Positions 38,621 through 49,526 of a DNA stretch of 64,000 nt are shown one piece after another. Location of the stretch: the NCBI GenBank assembly GCA_964422925.1, contig CAYRDC010000002.1, positions 3,719 to 67,718 of the forward strand, read 5' to 3'. A program made the position numbers and the translations under genes. The notes under the pieces were generated by a model. The model saw only the letters and a list, made by a program, of their open reading frames with translations, did not search any database and was not told where the DNA came from. Position 1 is the stretch's first letter. Every line of letters begins with the position of its first letter. Source of the DNA: an uncultured Chitinophagales bacterium (GTDB taxonomy: Bacteria > Bacteroidota > Bacteroidia > Chitinophagales > S012-47).

Positions 38621-40036
38621 TTACAGGTGAATCACTTCCCCGTAAGCCGCGGCAGCCGCCTCCATGATGGCTTCGCTCATGGTCGGGTGCGGATGCACGG
38701 ATTTGATAATTTCGTGCGCGGTGGTTTCGAGTTTCCGGGCAGCCACCACTTCGGCAATCATTTCCGTCACATTGGCCCCGATCATGTGGGCTCCCAGCCA
38801 TTCACCATATTTGGCATCAAAAATCACCTTAATGAATCCCTGCTTGGCTCCGGCCGCGCTGGCTTTTCCGCTGGCTGTGAATGGGAATTTCCCCACTTTT
38901 ATTTCATAACCAGCCTCTTTGGCCTGGGCTTCCGTGTAACCAACCGATGCGATCTCCGGAGAACAATAGGTACAACCCGGAAGGTTGTTGTAATCCAGCG
39001 GCTCAGGATTCTTTCCAGCAATTTTTTCCACGCAAATAATTCCTTCGGCTGACGCGACATGAGCCAGTGCGGGCCCTTTGATAATATCGCCAATGGCATA
39101 AATGCCCGGAACATTGGTGCGGTAAAACTCATCCACCGCGATGTGGCCTTTTTCGGTTTTGATGCCCAGCGATTCCAGGCCAATATTTTCGATGTTTGGG
39201 GTAATCCCGACAGCCGAAAGCACAATGTCGCAGGAAATGGTTTCTTCTCCTTTGGGCGTTTTAACCTTGACTTTGCAGCCTTTCCCTTTGGTATCAACCG
39301 CCTCTACGGATGAGCCGGTCAATATCCTGATACCCTGCTTTTTGAAATTCCTTTCCAGCTCTTTGCTGACTTCTTCGTCTTCCACAGGCACCAGCCGCGG
39401 CATGAATTCCACGATCGTCACTTCCGTGCCGATGGCGTTGTAGAAATAAGCAAATTCCACTCCGATGGCACCGGCCCCGACCACCACCATGCTGGCGGGC
39501 TGTTTATCGAGCGACATGGCTTCCCGGTATCCAATTACTTTTTTATGGTCTTGTTTCAGGTTTGGCAGTTCGCGGCTCCGGGCCCCGGTGGCAACAATAA
39601 TATGAGGCGCGGTGTATTCGGTTTTTTTCCCGTCCTTATCGGTTACCTCGATTTTTTTACCGGGCAACAGGCGCGCGGTTCCGAAGATGGCATCGATTTT
39701 ATTTTTGCGGAAAAGAAACTGGATTCCCTTGCTCATGCCATTGGCCACGTCCCGGCTGCGGGAAATCATTTTCCTGAAATCAGGCGAAGCTTCCTGCACA
39801 TTGATGCCGTAATCGCTGGCGTGCCGGATGTATTCAAACACCTGGGCGCTTTTCAGCAACGCTTTGGTGGGAATACAGCCCCAGTTCAGGCAAATGCCTC
39901 CCAGGGATTCCTTTTCAATGACGCCTACTTTCATGCCTAACTGGGCGGCCCGGATGGCGGCTACATATCCGCCAGGCCCGCTTCCTATTACTATCAGATC
40001 GTATGCCATGGGTTTTGTGTTTATGGTTTGTTTCAA
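38621..40036 (-). CDS. lpdA: Dihydrolipoyl dehydrogenase
   Basis: 471 aa. GSGPGGY FAD motif, redox disulfide GGICLNWGCIPTK, and C-terminal HPHPTMSE. Confidence 0.95.
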   Translation of the reverse strand: MKQTINTKPMAYDLIVIGSGPGGYVAAIRAAQLGMKVGVIEKESLGGICLNWGCIPTKALLKSAQVFEYIRHASDYGINVQEASPDFRKMISRSRDVANGMSKGIQFLFRKNKIDAIFGTARLLPGKKIEVTDKDGKKTEYTAPHIIVATGARSRELPNLKQDHKKVIGYREAMSLDKQPASMVVVGAGAIGVEFAYFYNAIGTEVTIVEFMPRLVPVEDEEVSKELERNFKKQGIRILTGSSVEAVDTKGKGCKVKVKTPKGEETISCDIVLSAVGITPNIENIGLESLGIKTEKGHIAVDEFYRTNVPGIYAIGDIIKGPALAHVASAEGIICVEKIAGKNPEPLDYNNLPGCTYCSPEIASVGYTEAQAKEAGYEIKVGKFPFTASGKASAAGAKQGFIKVIFDAKYGEWLGAHMIGANVTEMIAEVVAARKLETTAHEIIKSVHPHPTMSEAIMEAAAAAYGEVIHL

Positions 40037-40191
40037 AGCCCGAAATTACCAAATGATATGGCAAATCCGGTGATTTACCGGAGCCAATCGACTGGTTCTC
40101 CGGGTAAGTTTACCTCACCAACCAATTTCCGCGGCAGAAAATTCACAGGGACAAGCAAAAATTGACAGGGCAACCTGCCGGATACCTGTGT

Positions 40192-40854
40192 TTAATACTG
40201 CGTCTGGTCCGTGATTAGGATATCCTTGTATTGGGACGGGTCAAAACGGAAAAAATTGTCGGACAGATTCAGGTTAGGTGTGATTTTCCGGATCTGGAAA
40301 ATCAACTGGTTCTGCTCCTTATCGATAATGGTGGCCTGGGCCAGGGAATAATCTTTTTGATTGATGTACAACTTGATGGTGTGATAATCCACGTCTTTGT
40401 TCAGCGGGTTGAACTTGATAATCCAGAATTTTTCATCCCCGCGGGATCCGGTGCCACTAAGCATATACTGGAAATCCTTTTCGTACAGATTGAAAATATC
40501 CGAAGGCTTGAAGGTGTTGTCATCGTCTTCTTCGTACCAGGAAATGTTCACCTCATTGTCTTCTTTGTAATAAATCCAGTATTTCTCGGTATCGGTCATC
40601 AGGGTTTGGTTGTCATAATCCAGCTTGAACATATCGCCCTTGAGCCAAAGGGTAGCATTCATTTTTTCGTCTTCTTCACCAGTTTGCCGGATAATTTGGG
40701 TCAGTTCGATTTTCATGTCTTTATAGGCCTGGTATCTGGTTTTGACTTTTTCCAGTATTTCCTGTGACTCGGCATCCATTGCCTGGGAAAATGCGCTGCC
40801 AGCGATGAGCCACAACATCAAAACCGGGAATAGTTTTTTCGTGATAGCAATCAT
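40192..40854 (-). CDS. LolA-like outer-membrane lipoprotein carrier protein
   Basis: 220 aa with a signal peptide. The size and the position directly downstream of ftsK match a conserved Bacteroidota synteny. Confidence 0.65.
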   Translation of the reverse strand: MIAITKKLFPVLMLWLIAGSAFSQAMDAESQEILEKVKTRYQAYKDMKIELTQIIRQTGEEDEKMNATLWLKGDMFKLDYDNQTLMTDTEKYWIYYKEDNEVNISWYEEDDDNTFKPSDIFNLYEKDFQYMLSGTGSRGDEKFWIIKFNPLNKDVDYHTIKLYINQKDYSLAQATIIDKEQNQLIFQIRKITPNLNLSDNFFRFDPSQYKDILITDQTQY

Positions 40855-40898
40855 GGAATTTTCGTTAAGATCGATAAAAATGGATTTGCAAAGATAGT

Positions 40899-43259
40899 TT
40901 AGTCCAGGCTATTCAAGAACTGTTCCAATTCATATTCATCCTTGAAAAGCACTTCCCGGGCTTTGGAACCTTCGTGGGGACCGACAATGCCGGCAGCTTC
41001 CAGTTGATCGATGATGCGCCCGGCCCGGTTGTAGCCCAGTTTCAGCCTTCGCTGGATCAGGGAGGTGGAACCGCTTTGGTGGCGCACGACCAGGCGGGCG
41101 GCTTCTTCAAACATCTCGTCCCGTTCAGAAATGTCAAACCCTTCAGCTGATTCTCCTTCTTCTACGTATTCAGGCAGGAGGAAAGTATCGGAATAGCCTC
41201 TTTGTGACCCGATAAAGTCCACTACCTTTTCTACCTCATGCGTATCGACAAAGGCGCATTGCAGGCGGGTGATGTCTCCACCGATGCTTAACAGCATGTC
41301 GCCCCGGCCGATTAACTGGTCGGCTCCGCTCTGGTCAATGATGGTGCGGGAATCCACTTTGCTGGTAACCTTGAAAGCGATCCGTGCCGGGAAGTTGGCT
41401 TTTATAGTTCCGGTAATAATATTCACTGATGGCCTTTGCGTGGCGATTACGAGGTGTATGCCAATGGCCCGGGCCAACTGGGCAAGCCGCGTGAGCGGCC
41501 CTTCGATTTCCTTGCCCGCGGTCATCATCAGGTCGGCAAATTCATCCACAACCATCACGATATAAGGCAGATAGCGGTGCCCTTTTTCCGGATTCAGCTT
41601 CCGTTTGATGAATTTGTCGTTGTATTCCTTGATGTTTCGCACATGCGCTTCTTTCAGCAGGTCATAGCGCTCATCCATTTCAATAGCCAGGGCTTTCAGC
41701 GTATGCACTACCTGTTTGGTGTTGGTTATAATAGACTCCTCATTCCCTGGAAGGACCGCCAGGAAATGGTTTTCCAACTTCTTGTAAAGGGATAATTCCA
41801 CTTTTTTGGGGTCTATCAGGATTAATTTCAACTGGGAAGGATGCTTTTTATAAAGCAGCGACATCAGGAAGGCGTTGATCCCAACAGATTTTCCCTGCCC
41901 CGTAGCCCCGGCCATCAGCACATGCGGCATCTTGGTCAGGTCGGCTATGATGTTTTCATTGGCAATGTTTTTTCCCAGCACAATGGGCAGCTCCATATCG
42001 GCTTTGACGAATTTTTCGGAAGCCAGCATGGTGCGGATCGGGACAATTTCCTTTTTGGCATTGGGCACTTCAATCCCGATAGTGCCTTTTCCGGGAATGG
42101 GCGCTATAATCCGGATGCCCAGGGCGGCCAGGCTTAAGGCAATGTCGTCTTCCAGGTTCTTGATCCGGGATATGCGTACCCCGGGGGCCGGAACGATTTC
42201 ATACAAGGTTACGGTGGGCCCGATAGTGGCTTTTATTTTGGAAATCTTGATGTTGTAGTTCTGCAGCGTGTTGATGATCTGGTCCTTGTTGCGTTCCAGT
42301 TCGGTCTTGTCAATATTGATTTTCCCCTGCCCGTAATCTTCCAGCAGGTCCAGCATGGGATACTTGTAATCCGGCAAATCGAGGGTCGGGTCATAATTGG
42401 TATGCACCGAGTAGTGGCCCTCAATTTTCTTCTCTTCTTTGGTTTCTTCAATCTGAAGATCCGGGACCTGTTCATCGGCTGGCACTGGTTCCGGTCCCTC
42501 AGCAGGTGTCAGGGTTTCTTCAATAGTCACTTCCGGCTCATCGGTTTTGACGACCTCAACCGCCTGCTCTTCACGGCCGTATTCCATGTTCTCCCGTTCG
42601 TAAATATTACTGGGAAGTTCTTTCTCCTCGTCTTCCTCCATACCTTCCGCCTGTCTTTTCCAGCGGAATATTTTCCAGTTACCCGGGTTCACTGTCAGCA
42701 TCAGAAAGACGATCAGTATAAATAACAGGAGCAAGCCTGCCCCAAGGTTTCCCAGGAAGGCTACCAGCCAGTTGTTCATGGCCATACCGTAGGCTCCGCC
42801 ATATGGAAATTCACGGGTGTACAGCAGGAAGGACAAGGCCACCGGGAGATAGATCCAGGCGAAGAGGCTGTAGCGGAATAAGCGCCTCACGGGGAAAACC
42901 CGTTTCAGCAGAACCATATTGAAACCCAGGGCAAAAACCAGCACCGGAACCAGGAAAGAGGAAACGCCAATCCAGCGGTAAAAGAACTGGTGTCCCAGCA
43001 TAGCCCCCAGTTTGCCCAGGCTGTTTGAAACCGTTGGTTCACTGCTGAAAATCAGCTTCCACTGGAAGGTAAACACCTGGCTCTGGTCTTCCTTCCAGGT
43101 AAACAGGTAGGAATAAAAGGAAACCAGCAGAAAGACGGAAACCAGGATCAGCAGTAAACCCAGGATGCGCGGGGTGCGCGGATCCTGCAAGGTCCTGCCC
43201 AGGGCGGCCCTTCGCGTGCGGGTTGGTTTATTGCCTTTTTTCCTTTTCTTTCTTACCAT
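40899..43259 (-). CDS. ftsK: DNA translocase FtsK/SpoIIIE
   Basis: 786 aa. N-terminal TM helices, an acidic linker, Walker A MAGATGQGKS, Walker B VMVVDEFADL, and a C-terminal gamma wHTH (LIQRRLKLGYNRAGRIIDQLE). Confidence 0.95.
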   Translation of the reverse strand: MVRKKRKKGNKPTRTRRAALGRTLQDPRTPRILGLLLILVSVFLLVSFYSYLFTWKEDQSQVFTFQWKLIFSSEPTVSNSLGKLGAMLGHQFFYRWIGVSSFLVPVLVFALGFNMVLLKRVFPVRRLFRYSLFAWIYLPVALSFLLYTREFPYGGAYGMAMNNWLVAFLGNLGAGLLLLFILIVFLMLTVNPGNWKIFRWKRQAEGMEEDEEKELPSNIYERENMEYGREEQAVEVVKTDEPEVTIEETLTPAEGPEPVPADEQVPDLQIEETKEEKKIEGHYSVHTNYDPTLDLPDYKYPMLDLLEDYGQGKINIDKTELERNKDQIINTLQNYNIKISKIKATIGPTVTLYEIVPAPGVRISRIKNLEDDIALSLAALGIRIIAPIPGKGTIGIEVPNAKKEIVPIRTMLASEKFVKADMELPIVLGKNIANENIIADLTKMPHVLMAGATGQGKSVGINAFLMSLLYKKHPSQLKLILIDPKKVELSLYKKLENHFLAVLPGNEESIITNTKQVVHTLKALAIEMDERYDLLKEAHVRNIKEYNDKFIKRKLNPEKGHRYLPYIVMVVDEFADLMMTAGKEIEGPLTRLAQLARAIGIHLVIATQRPSVNIITGTIKANFPARIAFKVTSKVDSRTIIDQSGADQLIGRGDMLLSIGGDITRLQCAFVDTHEVEKVVDFIGSQRGYSDTFLLPEYVEEGESAEGFDISERDEMFEEAARLVVRHQSGSTSLIQRRLKLGYNRAGRIIDQLEAAGIVGPHEGSKAREVLFKDEYELEQFLNSLD

Positions 43260-43505
43260 AAAAGCCCTACCTTTCTCAAACCAGTAAAACTATTAATTAT
43301 TGCCAGCCGGAAGCACCGTTCCGGCAGCCAAGTTTTCAACCTGAACGGGCAATTGACCATTTTTTGTACGTTCTTTCTGCAATTGTGGGATGGCGCAATT
43401 ATCCTGTACGCGTTCCGGTGGCTCATGCCGGGCAGCCGGGGCGGGGCAAAGAGCCGGCACAGCGCTTTAGTGACATTTGTCAGTATGGGAAGCGGCCAAT
43501 TCAGT

Positions 43506-43513
43506 TATATTTG
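43506..43513 (+). promoter_or_regulatory. Candidate -7 promoter box (TATATTTG) for pruA
   Basis: Matches TAnnTTTG 32 nt upstream of the ATG at 43545. This supports the shorter start. Confidence 0.4.
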
Positions 43514-43544
43514 CAATCCACAAAAAACCAAAAGCAGATCAATT

Positions 43545-45173
43545 ATGCCAAAAGGATATTTTCAGGTACCGGCTGTTACCAATGAACCGGTGAAGAGTTA
43601 CGCGCCCGGCACCCCGGAGCGGGCAGCTTTAAAAGCCGCTTTGAAAGAAGCCAAAGCCACCGAAGCCGATATTCCGATGTTTATTAACGGACGGGAAATC
43701 CGGACCGGCAACAAAGTAGCCATTCATCCGCCTCATGAGTTGGGCCACACGCTGGGTTATTATCATAAAGGCGACAAATCGCATGTGGAAGCCGCGATCG
43801 AGGCAGCACTGTCGTCCAAGGAGTCGTGGGAAAAGCTGGGTTGGGAAAGCCGCGCGGCCATTTTCCTGAAAGCAGCCGATTTGCTGGCAGGGCCTTACCG
43901 CTACAAAATGAACGCGGCCACCATGCTTTGCCAGTCCAAGAATGCTTTCCAGGCCGAAATCGATTCCGCCTGCGAACTGATTGATTTTTTCCGGTTCAAT
44001 GTGAAATACATGACGGAGATTTACAGCCAGCAGCCGGAATCCTCGCGGGGAATCTGGAACGGCATGGAATACCGCCCGCTGGAGGGGTTCGTGCTCGCCA
44101 TCACACCATTTAATTTCACTTCCATTGCCGGCAACCTGCCCGGTTCTCCGGCCCTGATGGGCAACACGGTGGTCTGGAAACCAGCCCGTACGCAAATCTA
44201 TTCAGCCTGGGTTATTATGGAAATCCTCCGCGAAGCCGGCCTGCCCGATGGAGTCATAAACCTGGTGTATGCCAGCGGACCGGATACCAGCGAAGTCTGC
44301 TTCAACCATCCCGATTTTGCCGGGGTGCATTTCACCGGTTCCACCGCTACGTTCCAGGGCTTTTTCAAAAGCATCGGGGAAAACATCACAAAATACAAAA
44401 GCTATCCGCGCATCGTGGGCGAAACCGGGGGCAAGGATTTTGTGATTGCGCATGCCAGCGCGAATGCCAAGGCCGTGGCTACGGCCCTTACGCGCGGAGC
44501 CTTTGAATACCAGGGGCAAAAATGCAGCGCGGCATCCCGGGCTTATATTCCCGACAACCTCTGGCCCGATGTGAAGAAATATCTGCTCGAAGACCTCGCC
44601 AGCATGAAAATGGGAACGGTGGAGGATTTTACCAACTTTATCAATGCTGTCATTGATGAATCCAGTTTTGACAAGCTGGCCGGATACATTGAACAGGCCC
44701 GCAAGGACGGCCAGGAAATCATAGCCGGGGGCGGTTACGACAAATCGGAAGGGTATTTCATTGAGCCAACGGTTATCCTGACCAAGGACCCGAAATACGT
44801 GACTATGTGCGAGGAACTCTTCGGGCCGGTGCTCACGGTGTATGTGTACAGTGCCAATGAATTTGAATCCACGCTCGAACTGCTGGATAACACCTCGCCC
44901 TACGGGTTAACCGGTTCGGTATTTGCCACTGACCGTCATGCCATTGAGCTGGCTGCCTGGAAGCTTCGCCATGCAGCTGGTAATTTCTACATCAACGACA
45001 AACCGACCGGGGCCGTGGTGAACCAGCAGCCGTTTGGCGGGGCCAGGGCTTCAGGTACCAACGACAAAGCGGGATCGGCCTGGAACCTGATCCGCTGGGT
45101 AAGCCCGCGCTCCATCAAGGAAAACTTCAATCCGCCTACGGATTACAGGTATCCGTTCATGGAAGAAAAATAA
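43545..45173 (+). CDS. pruA: L-glutamate gamma-semialdehyde (1-pyrroline-5-carboxylate) dehydrogenase
   Basis: 542 aa from MPKGYFQVPAVTNEP. Aldehyde dehydrogenase motifs VGETGGKDF and catalytic Cys EYQGQKCSAASR. The ORF-track start at 43353 adds an implausible 64 aa. Confidence 0.92.
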   Translation: MPKGYFQVPAVTNEPVKSYAPGTPERAALKAALKEAKATEADIPMFINGREIRTGNKVAIHPPHELGHTLGYYHKGDKSHVEAAIEAALSSKESWEKLGWESRAAIFLKAADLLAGPYRYKMNAATMLCQSKNAFQAEIDSACELIDFFRFNVKYMTEIYSQQPESSRGIWNGMEYRPLEGFVLAITPFNFTSIAGNLPGSPALMGNTVVWKPARTQIYSAWVIMEILREAGLPDGVINLVYASGPDTSEVCFNHPDFAGVHFTGSTATFQGFFKSIGENITKYKSYPRIVGETGGKDFVIAHASANAKAVATALTRGAFEYQGQKCSAASRAYIPDNLWPDVKKYLLEDLASMKMGTVEDFTNFINAVIDESSFDKLAGYIEQARKDGQEIIAGGGYDKSEGYFIEPTVILTKDPKYVTMCEELFGPVLTVYVYSANEFESTLELLDNTSPYGLTGSVFATDRHAIELAAWKLRHAAGNFYINDKPTGAVVNQQPFGGARASGTNDKAGSAWNLIRWVSPRSIKENFNPPTDYRYPFMEEK

Positions 45174-45204
45174 ATCCCTGTTGAGGAGAATGGATTGGAG
45201 TGGC

Positions 45205-47196
45205 TCAGGCCTTTTTTTGGATGATGCGATTCCGGTTTTGAATGAACCAGTCAATGGCTTCCGGGTTGCGCATGGAGCCGCGGTTCAGGGCTTTTTCCAG
45301 GGGTGTTCCCTGCAAAAAGCGCTTCACGGGGGTTTCCATTTTCTTCCCGCTCAGGGTGTAGGGCACATCCGGTATTTCCAGGATATCGTCCGGGACATGC
45401 CGGGGGGAAAATTTTATCCGGATCATCCGGTTGATTTTTTGTTTCAGCGTGTCATCCAGCTTTGAACCGGGCGCCAGTTTTACAAAAAGGGGCATGTAAT
45501 AACTGCTGCCCCCGTCCAGTTCGAGCCCGATGATCAGGCTGTCGGCTATTTCGGGCAGTTCATCAATGGCGCGGTAAATTTCGCTGGTGCCGATGCGGAT
45601 GCCCTGGCGGTTCAGGGTGGCATCGCTGCGGCCGTAAATAACCAGGCTCCCGCGGTGAGTGATCTTTACCCAGTCGCCATGCCGCCAGATGCCTGGGTAC
45701 ATCTCAAAATAGCTGGAAAGGTACCGCTCATTGCCGGGATCGTTCCAGAAAAATACTGGCATGGAAGGCATGGGTTCGGTCAGTACTAGTTCCCCGACTT
45801 CATCAATCACGGGTTCGCCATTTTCGTTAAAGGCTTCAACCTTGCAGCCCAGGGCGCGGCACTGGATTTCCCCACTGTAGACCGGCAGTAGGGGAGAACC
45901 ACCTACAAAAGCGCTGCACACGTCCGTTCCGCCACTCAGGGAAACCAGCCACAGGTCTTTTTTCACTTTTTTATAAAGCCAGTTGAATCCTTCCGGGGGT
46001 AGGGGCGAGCCGGTGGAACCGATCATTTTCAGGCCGGAAAGATCGTGTTGTCCCGGGTCTATGCCCGCTTTCATGCAGGCGGTTACAAACCCTGCGCTGA
46101 TGCCCATGCTTGTCATTTGGCTGCGGGCGGCCAGGTCCCACAGGCGGTTAAGGTCAGGATATCCCGCGCTACCGTCATATAAAATGCTGGTGCAACCGCA
46201 CAGGAGGGCGGCCATCACCACGTTCCACATCATCCAGCCTGTGGTACTGTACCAGAAAAAACGGTCGCCCGGGTGACAGTCGCATTGCAAAGCCATCAGC
46301 TTCAAATGTTCGATCAACACCCCGCCATGCGATTGGGTGATGGCCTTGGGAATACCCGTTGTACCGCTTGAATACAAGACCCAGATCGGGTGATCAAAAG
46401 GCACCGGGCGGAATTCCAACCCGTTATACCTGGTAGCCAAAGCTTCTTCCCATGGTGTTTCAAAAGGCAATCCCGTTCCTTTTGTATTGCCCAGGTAATC
46501 GACCAGGATCAGTTTTTCAACAGCCGGCAGGGCTTCCACTATATCCTTCACTTCCTGGGTTTTGTCAAAGGTTTTCCCATTGTACCAATACCCGTTCACG
46601 GCAATCAATACCTTGGGCTCGATTTGCCGGAATCGGTCGATCACGCTGGTAAAGCCAAAATCCGGTGAACAACTCGACCACACGGCTCCGAGCGAGGCGG
46701 TGGCCATAAAACCGATAGCTGCTTCGACACTGTTGGGCAGGAAGGCGACCACCCGGTCGCCCTGGTTGACACCGCAGGATTCGAAGTAGGCAGCCAGCGC
46801 GGCTACCTTACTTTCTAGTTCTTTCCAGCTCATGGTCTGCATTGGCTGTTGCTCGTTTTCATACAGCAGGGCCGGCCGCTCTTCCGTGGCATTCCGGAAA
46901 ATATGCTCCGCGTAGTTCAGCGTAGCCCCTTCAAACCAGCGCGCCCCCGGCATTTCATTGGAGCTCAATACCGCTTTCCAGGGACTGTGACTGATTATCT
47001 GAAAATACTCCCAAACCGTTTCCCAGAAAAATTCCAGGTTGTCCACGGACCATTGCCAGAGCTCATCGTAATTGGCAAACCCGAGGTGGTGCTTGCGGGC
47101 CAGCCATTGCATATAATGCGCCAGGTTTGATTGCTCCATAAATTCCCTGTCCGGCTGCCAAAGCAATTTCCCTTCCGTTGAAACTGTATCGGCCAT
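45205..47196 (-). CDS. Acetoacetate--CoA ligase (acetoacetyl-CoA synthetase)
   Basis: 663 aa. An N-terminus typical of AACS (LWQPDREFMEQSNLAHYMQWL), AMP-binding motif YSSGTTGIPK, and GDW..ITHRGSLVIYGRSD. Confidence 0.9.
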   Translation of the reverse strand: MADTVSTEGKLLWQPDREFMEQSNLAHYMQWLARKHHLGFANYDELWQWSVDNLEFFWETVWEYFQIISHSPWKAVLSSNEMPGARWFEGATLNYAEHIFRNATEERPALLYENEQQPMQTMSWKELESKVAALAAYFESCGVNQGDRVVAFLPNSVEAAIGFMATASLGAVWSSCSPDFGFTSVIDRFRQIEPKVLIAVNGYWYNGKTFDKTQEVKDIVEALPAVEKLILVDYLGNTKGTGLPFETPWEEALATRYNGLEFRPVPFDHPIWVLYSSGTTGIPKAITQSHGGVLIEHLKLMALQCDCHPGDRFFWYSTTGWMMWNVVMAALLCGCTSILYDGSAGYPDLNRLWDLAARSQMTSMGISAGFVTACMKAGIDPGQHDLSGLKMIGSTGSPLPPEGFNWLYKKVKKDLWLVSLSGGTDVCSAFVGGSPLLPVYSGEIQCRALGCKVEAFNENGEPVIDEVGELVLTEPMPSMPVFFWNDPGNERYLSSYFEMYPGIWRHGDWVKITHRGSLVIYGRSDATLNRQGIRIGTSEIYRAIDELPEIADSLIIGLELDGGSSYYMPLFVKLAPGSKLDDTLKQKINRMIRIKFSPRHVPDDILEIPDVPYTLSGKKMETPVKRFLQGTPLEKALNRGSMRNPEAIDWFIQNRNRIIQKKA

Positions 47197-47280
47197 TGTG
47201 AAATCTTTTTTTCAAATATAGTGAATCAACCCTTTAGACCGGCAGAAGGTCTGAAGGATGTTTCTAAATTTGTTAGTGCT

Positions 47281-48069
47281 ATGCCGCATAAAAAACCGGT
47301 TATTCTTATTACCAATGATGACGGGGTTACTGCTCCGGGCATACGCGCCCTGGCGGGCGCCATGAAAAAACTGGGCACACCGGTGGTTGTGGCCCCCGAC
47401 CGGCCGATGTCCGCCATGGGCCATGCCATTACCATTGGCGATCCCCTGCGCCTCGAACCGGTTGATGAATTTCCGGGCATTAAAGCCTATCAATGTACAG
47501 GAACCCCGGTGGATTGCGTAAAACTGGCCGTGGATAAAATCCTGGGCGGCAAACCAGATCTCTGCGTGAGCGGGATCAACCACGGTTCCAACAGTTCCAT
47601 CAACGTCATTTACTCGGGCACCATGTCGGCTGCCATGGAAGCCGCCATTGAAGGCATCCCCGCTGCCGGGTTTTCCCTGCTCGACTATTCCTTCCAGGCC
47701 GATATGAAACCGGCCGCGCATTTTGCTACGCTCATTGCAAAACGGATACTGGAAAAAGGCATTCCCCGCAATACTCTGTTGAATGTGAATGTCCCGGCTC
47801 TTCCCCTGGTCGAAATCAAAGGCATTCGCTTCTGCCGGCAGGCTGTAGCCAAATGGGAAGAAAAGTTTGACGAACGAATCGATCCGCGGGGGCGCAAATA
47901 TTACTGGCTTACCGGACGTTTCAAGAATTACGATAAAGGGCTCGACACCGATGAATGGGCCCTGGAGCATGGCTACGTGGCGGTTGTACCGGTGCAGTTC
48001 GACTTTACCGCACACCATGCCATTGCCTACCTGAATGAAAAATGGAACCTGGATGGCTCTGAAATTTAA
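47281..48069 (+). CDS. surE: 5'/3'-nucleotidase SurE
   Basis: 262 aa from MPHKKPVILITNDDG. Motifs NDDG and SGINHG. The ORF is open from a GTG at 47221. Confidence 0.93.
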   Translation: MPHKKPVILITNDDGVTAPGIRALAGAMKKLGTPVVVAPDRPMSAMGHAITIGDPLRLEPVDEFPGIKAYQCTGTPVDCVKLAVDKILGGKPDLCVSGINHGSNSSINVIYSGTMSAAMEAAIEGIPAAGFSLLDYSFQADMKPAAHFATLIAKRILEKGIPRNTLLNVNVPALPLVEIKGIRFCRQAVAKWEEKFDERIDPRGRKYYWLTGRFKNYDKGLDTDEWALEHGYVAVVPVQFDFTAHHAIAYLNEKWNLDGSEI

Positions 48070-48382
48070 TAAAATAAAAAACAGCCGCTGGCTCGGCTTT
48101 GCGTTGGGTATTATTGGCCCATTCCTTGGGTCTTTACTATATTACCTGTGGTATGCCAATGAAATACAGTACCGTGGATACCAATGGCCTGATTTGGCTG
48201 AATTTATCCACAGAACGATTAAACTGGGCCTTGTTGTGAACGTACTGAGCATAGGCGGTTTGTTGAATCTTGCCATCTTTTTTATTTTCCTGCAACTGGG
48301 TTGGTATCGCACTTCCCGTGCCGTGCTGCTGGCCACTATGGTGTATATTGCGCCTTTGCTTGCTCTGAAATTCCTGTTATGA
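48053..48382 (+). CDS. Small hypothetical membrane protein
   Basis: About 109 aa with 3-4 hydrophobic segments. It sits between surE and lpxB, and its stop overlaps the lpxB ATG (ATGA). Confidence 0.5.
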   Translation: MALKFNKIKNSRWLGFALGIIGPFLGSLLYYLWYANEIQYRGYQWPDLAEFIHRTIKLGLVVNVLSIGGLLNLAIFFIFLQLGWYRTSRAVLLATMVYIAPLLALKFLL

Positions 48383-49482
48383 AACTCTACCTTGTAGCCG
48401 GTGAAGCCTCTGGCGATATGCATGCTGCGGCATTGATCCAGCGACTCCGGGAGTGGCACCCGGATATTTCCTTCCGAGGGCAGGGCGGAGACCGTATGCA
48501 GGCAGCCGGGGCCGAACTATTCCGGCATTACCGGAGAGTAAATTACATGGGATTTTTTGAAGTAATTCGCCATTTGCCCGCCTTGTCACGGGCGCTCCGG
48601 CAAACCAAAACCGATATCCTTACTTACCGCCCGGATGCGCTTATTCTGGTCGATTATCCGGGATTTAACCTCCGGCTGGCCCGTTTTGCCAAACAAAAGG
48701 GCATCCCGGTGATCTACTATATTGCGCCACAGGTATGGGCTTGGCACCGCAGCCGCCTGAAGAACCTGCGCAGGGATGTGGATTTACTGATCACGATCCT
48801 GCCATTCGAAAAAGACTTTTTCGGGCAAAGCGGGATCAGAACAGAATTTGCAGGGCATCCCCTGGTGGAAAGGATTAACCAGTACCGGAAAACGCATCCT
48901 CCGGCCCGGGCGAAGGGAAAACCTTTAATTGCCCTGCTGCCGGGCAGCCGTAGACAGGAAATCCGGCAGCACCTGCCCCGGATGCTCCGCGTCACCAGGC
49001 ATTTCCCGGAATACCGGTTTGCCGTGGCCGGCATCAGCCTGCACACCCCGGCATTTTACCACCATATGATGAAGGATTATCCGGCTGAACTGGTTACAGA
49101 TCAAACCTATGATTTGCTGATCCGGGCCCGGGCGGCTTTGGTCAGCTCCGGCACGGCCACCCTCGAAACGGCTTTGTTTGATGTTCCGCAGGTAGTTTGC
49201 TATCGTAGCACTCCCATCTCCTTCTGGATCGGCAAACAATTGGTGAAAGTGCCTTTTATCAGCCTCGTGAACCTGATAGCCGGGAAGAAAGTGGTGGAAG
49301 AGCTCATACAAAACGATATGAACCCCGCCCGGATGAAGGCTTCCCTGAAACGTTTGCTGCAAGTGGCTGAACGCAACCGAATCCTGGCAGGATATACCGT
49401 AATGAAATCCAGGCTGGGCGATGAAAAAGCCTCCGAAAATGCGGCAAAATTCATCCTTGACTCTCTGTCTGAATCCGGATAG
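48379..49482 (+). CDS. lpxB: Lipid-A-disaccharide synthase
   Basis: 367 aa from MKLYLVAGEASGDMHAA. Motifs DYPGFNLR and SGTATLE. Confidence 0.93.
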   Translation: MKLYLVAGEASGDMHAAALIQRLREWHPDISFRGQGGDRMQAAGAELFRHYRRVNYMGFFEVIRHLPALSRALRQTKTDILTYRPDALILVDYPGFNLRLARFAKQKGIPVIYYIAPQVWAWHRSRLKNLRRDVDLLITILPFEKDFFGQSGIRTEFAGHPLVERINQYRKTHPPARAKGKPLIALLPGSRRQEIRQHLPRMLRVTRHFPEYRFAVAGISLHTPAFYHHMMKDYPAELVTDQTYDLLIRARAALVSSGTATLETALFDVPQVVCYRSTPISFWIGKQLVKVPFISLVNLIAGKKVVEELIQNDMNPARMKASLKRLLQVAERNRILAGYTVMKSRLGDEKASENAAKFILDSLSESG

Positions 49483-49526
49483 TTATTATATTTGCACTCC
49501 CGTTCTTAACAGTAACCCAGACACAT

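Noticed and set aside
43353-43544. N-terminal 64-aa extension of pruA from the ORF track (also 50955-51116 for the AsmA-like gene and 54984-55262 for the TBDR)
   Set aside because: The extensions lack homology-like sequence and overlap upstream genes or promoter boxes. Internal Met starts give canonical N-termini or signal peptides.
47212-48018. 268-aa ORF antisense to surE
   Set aside because: Antisense artefact. SurE motifs are on the + strand.
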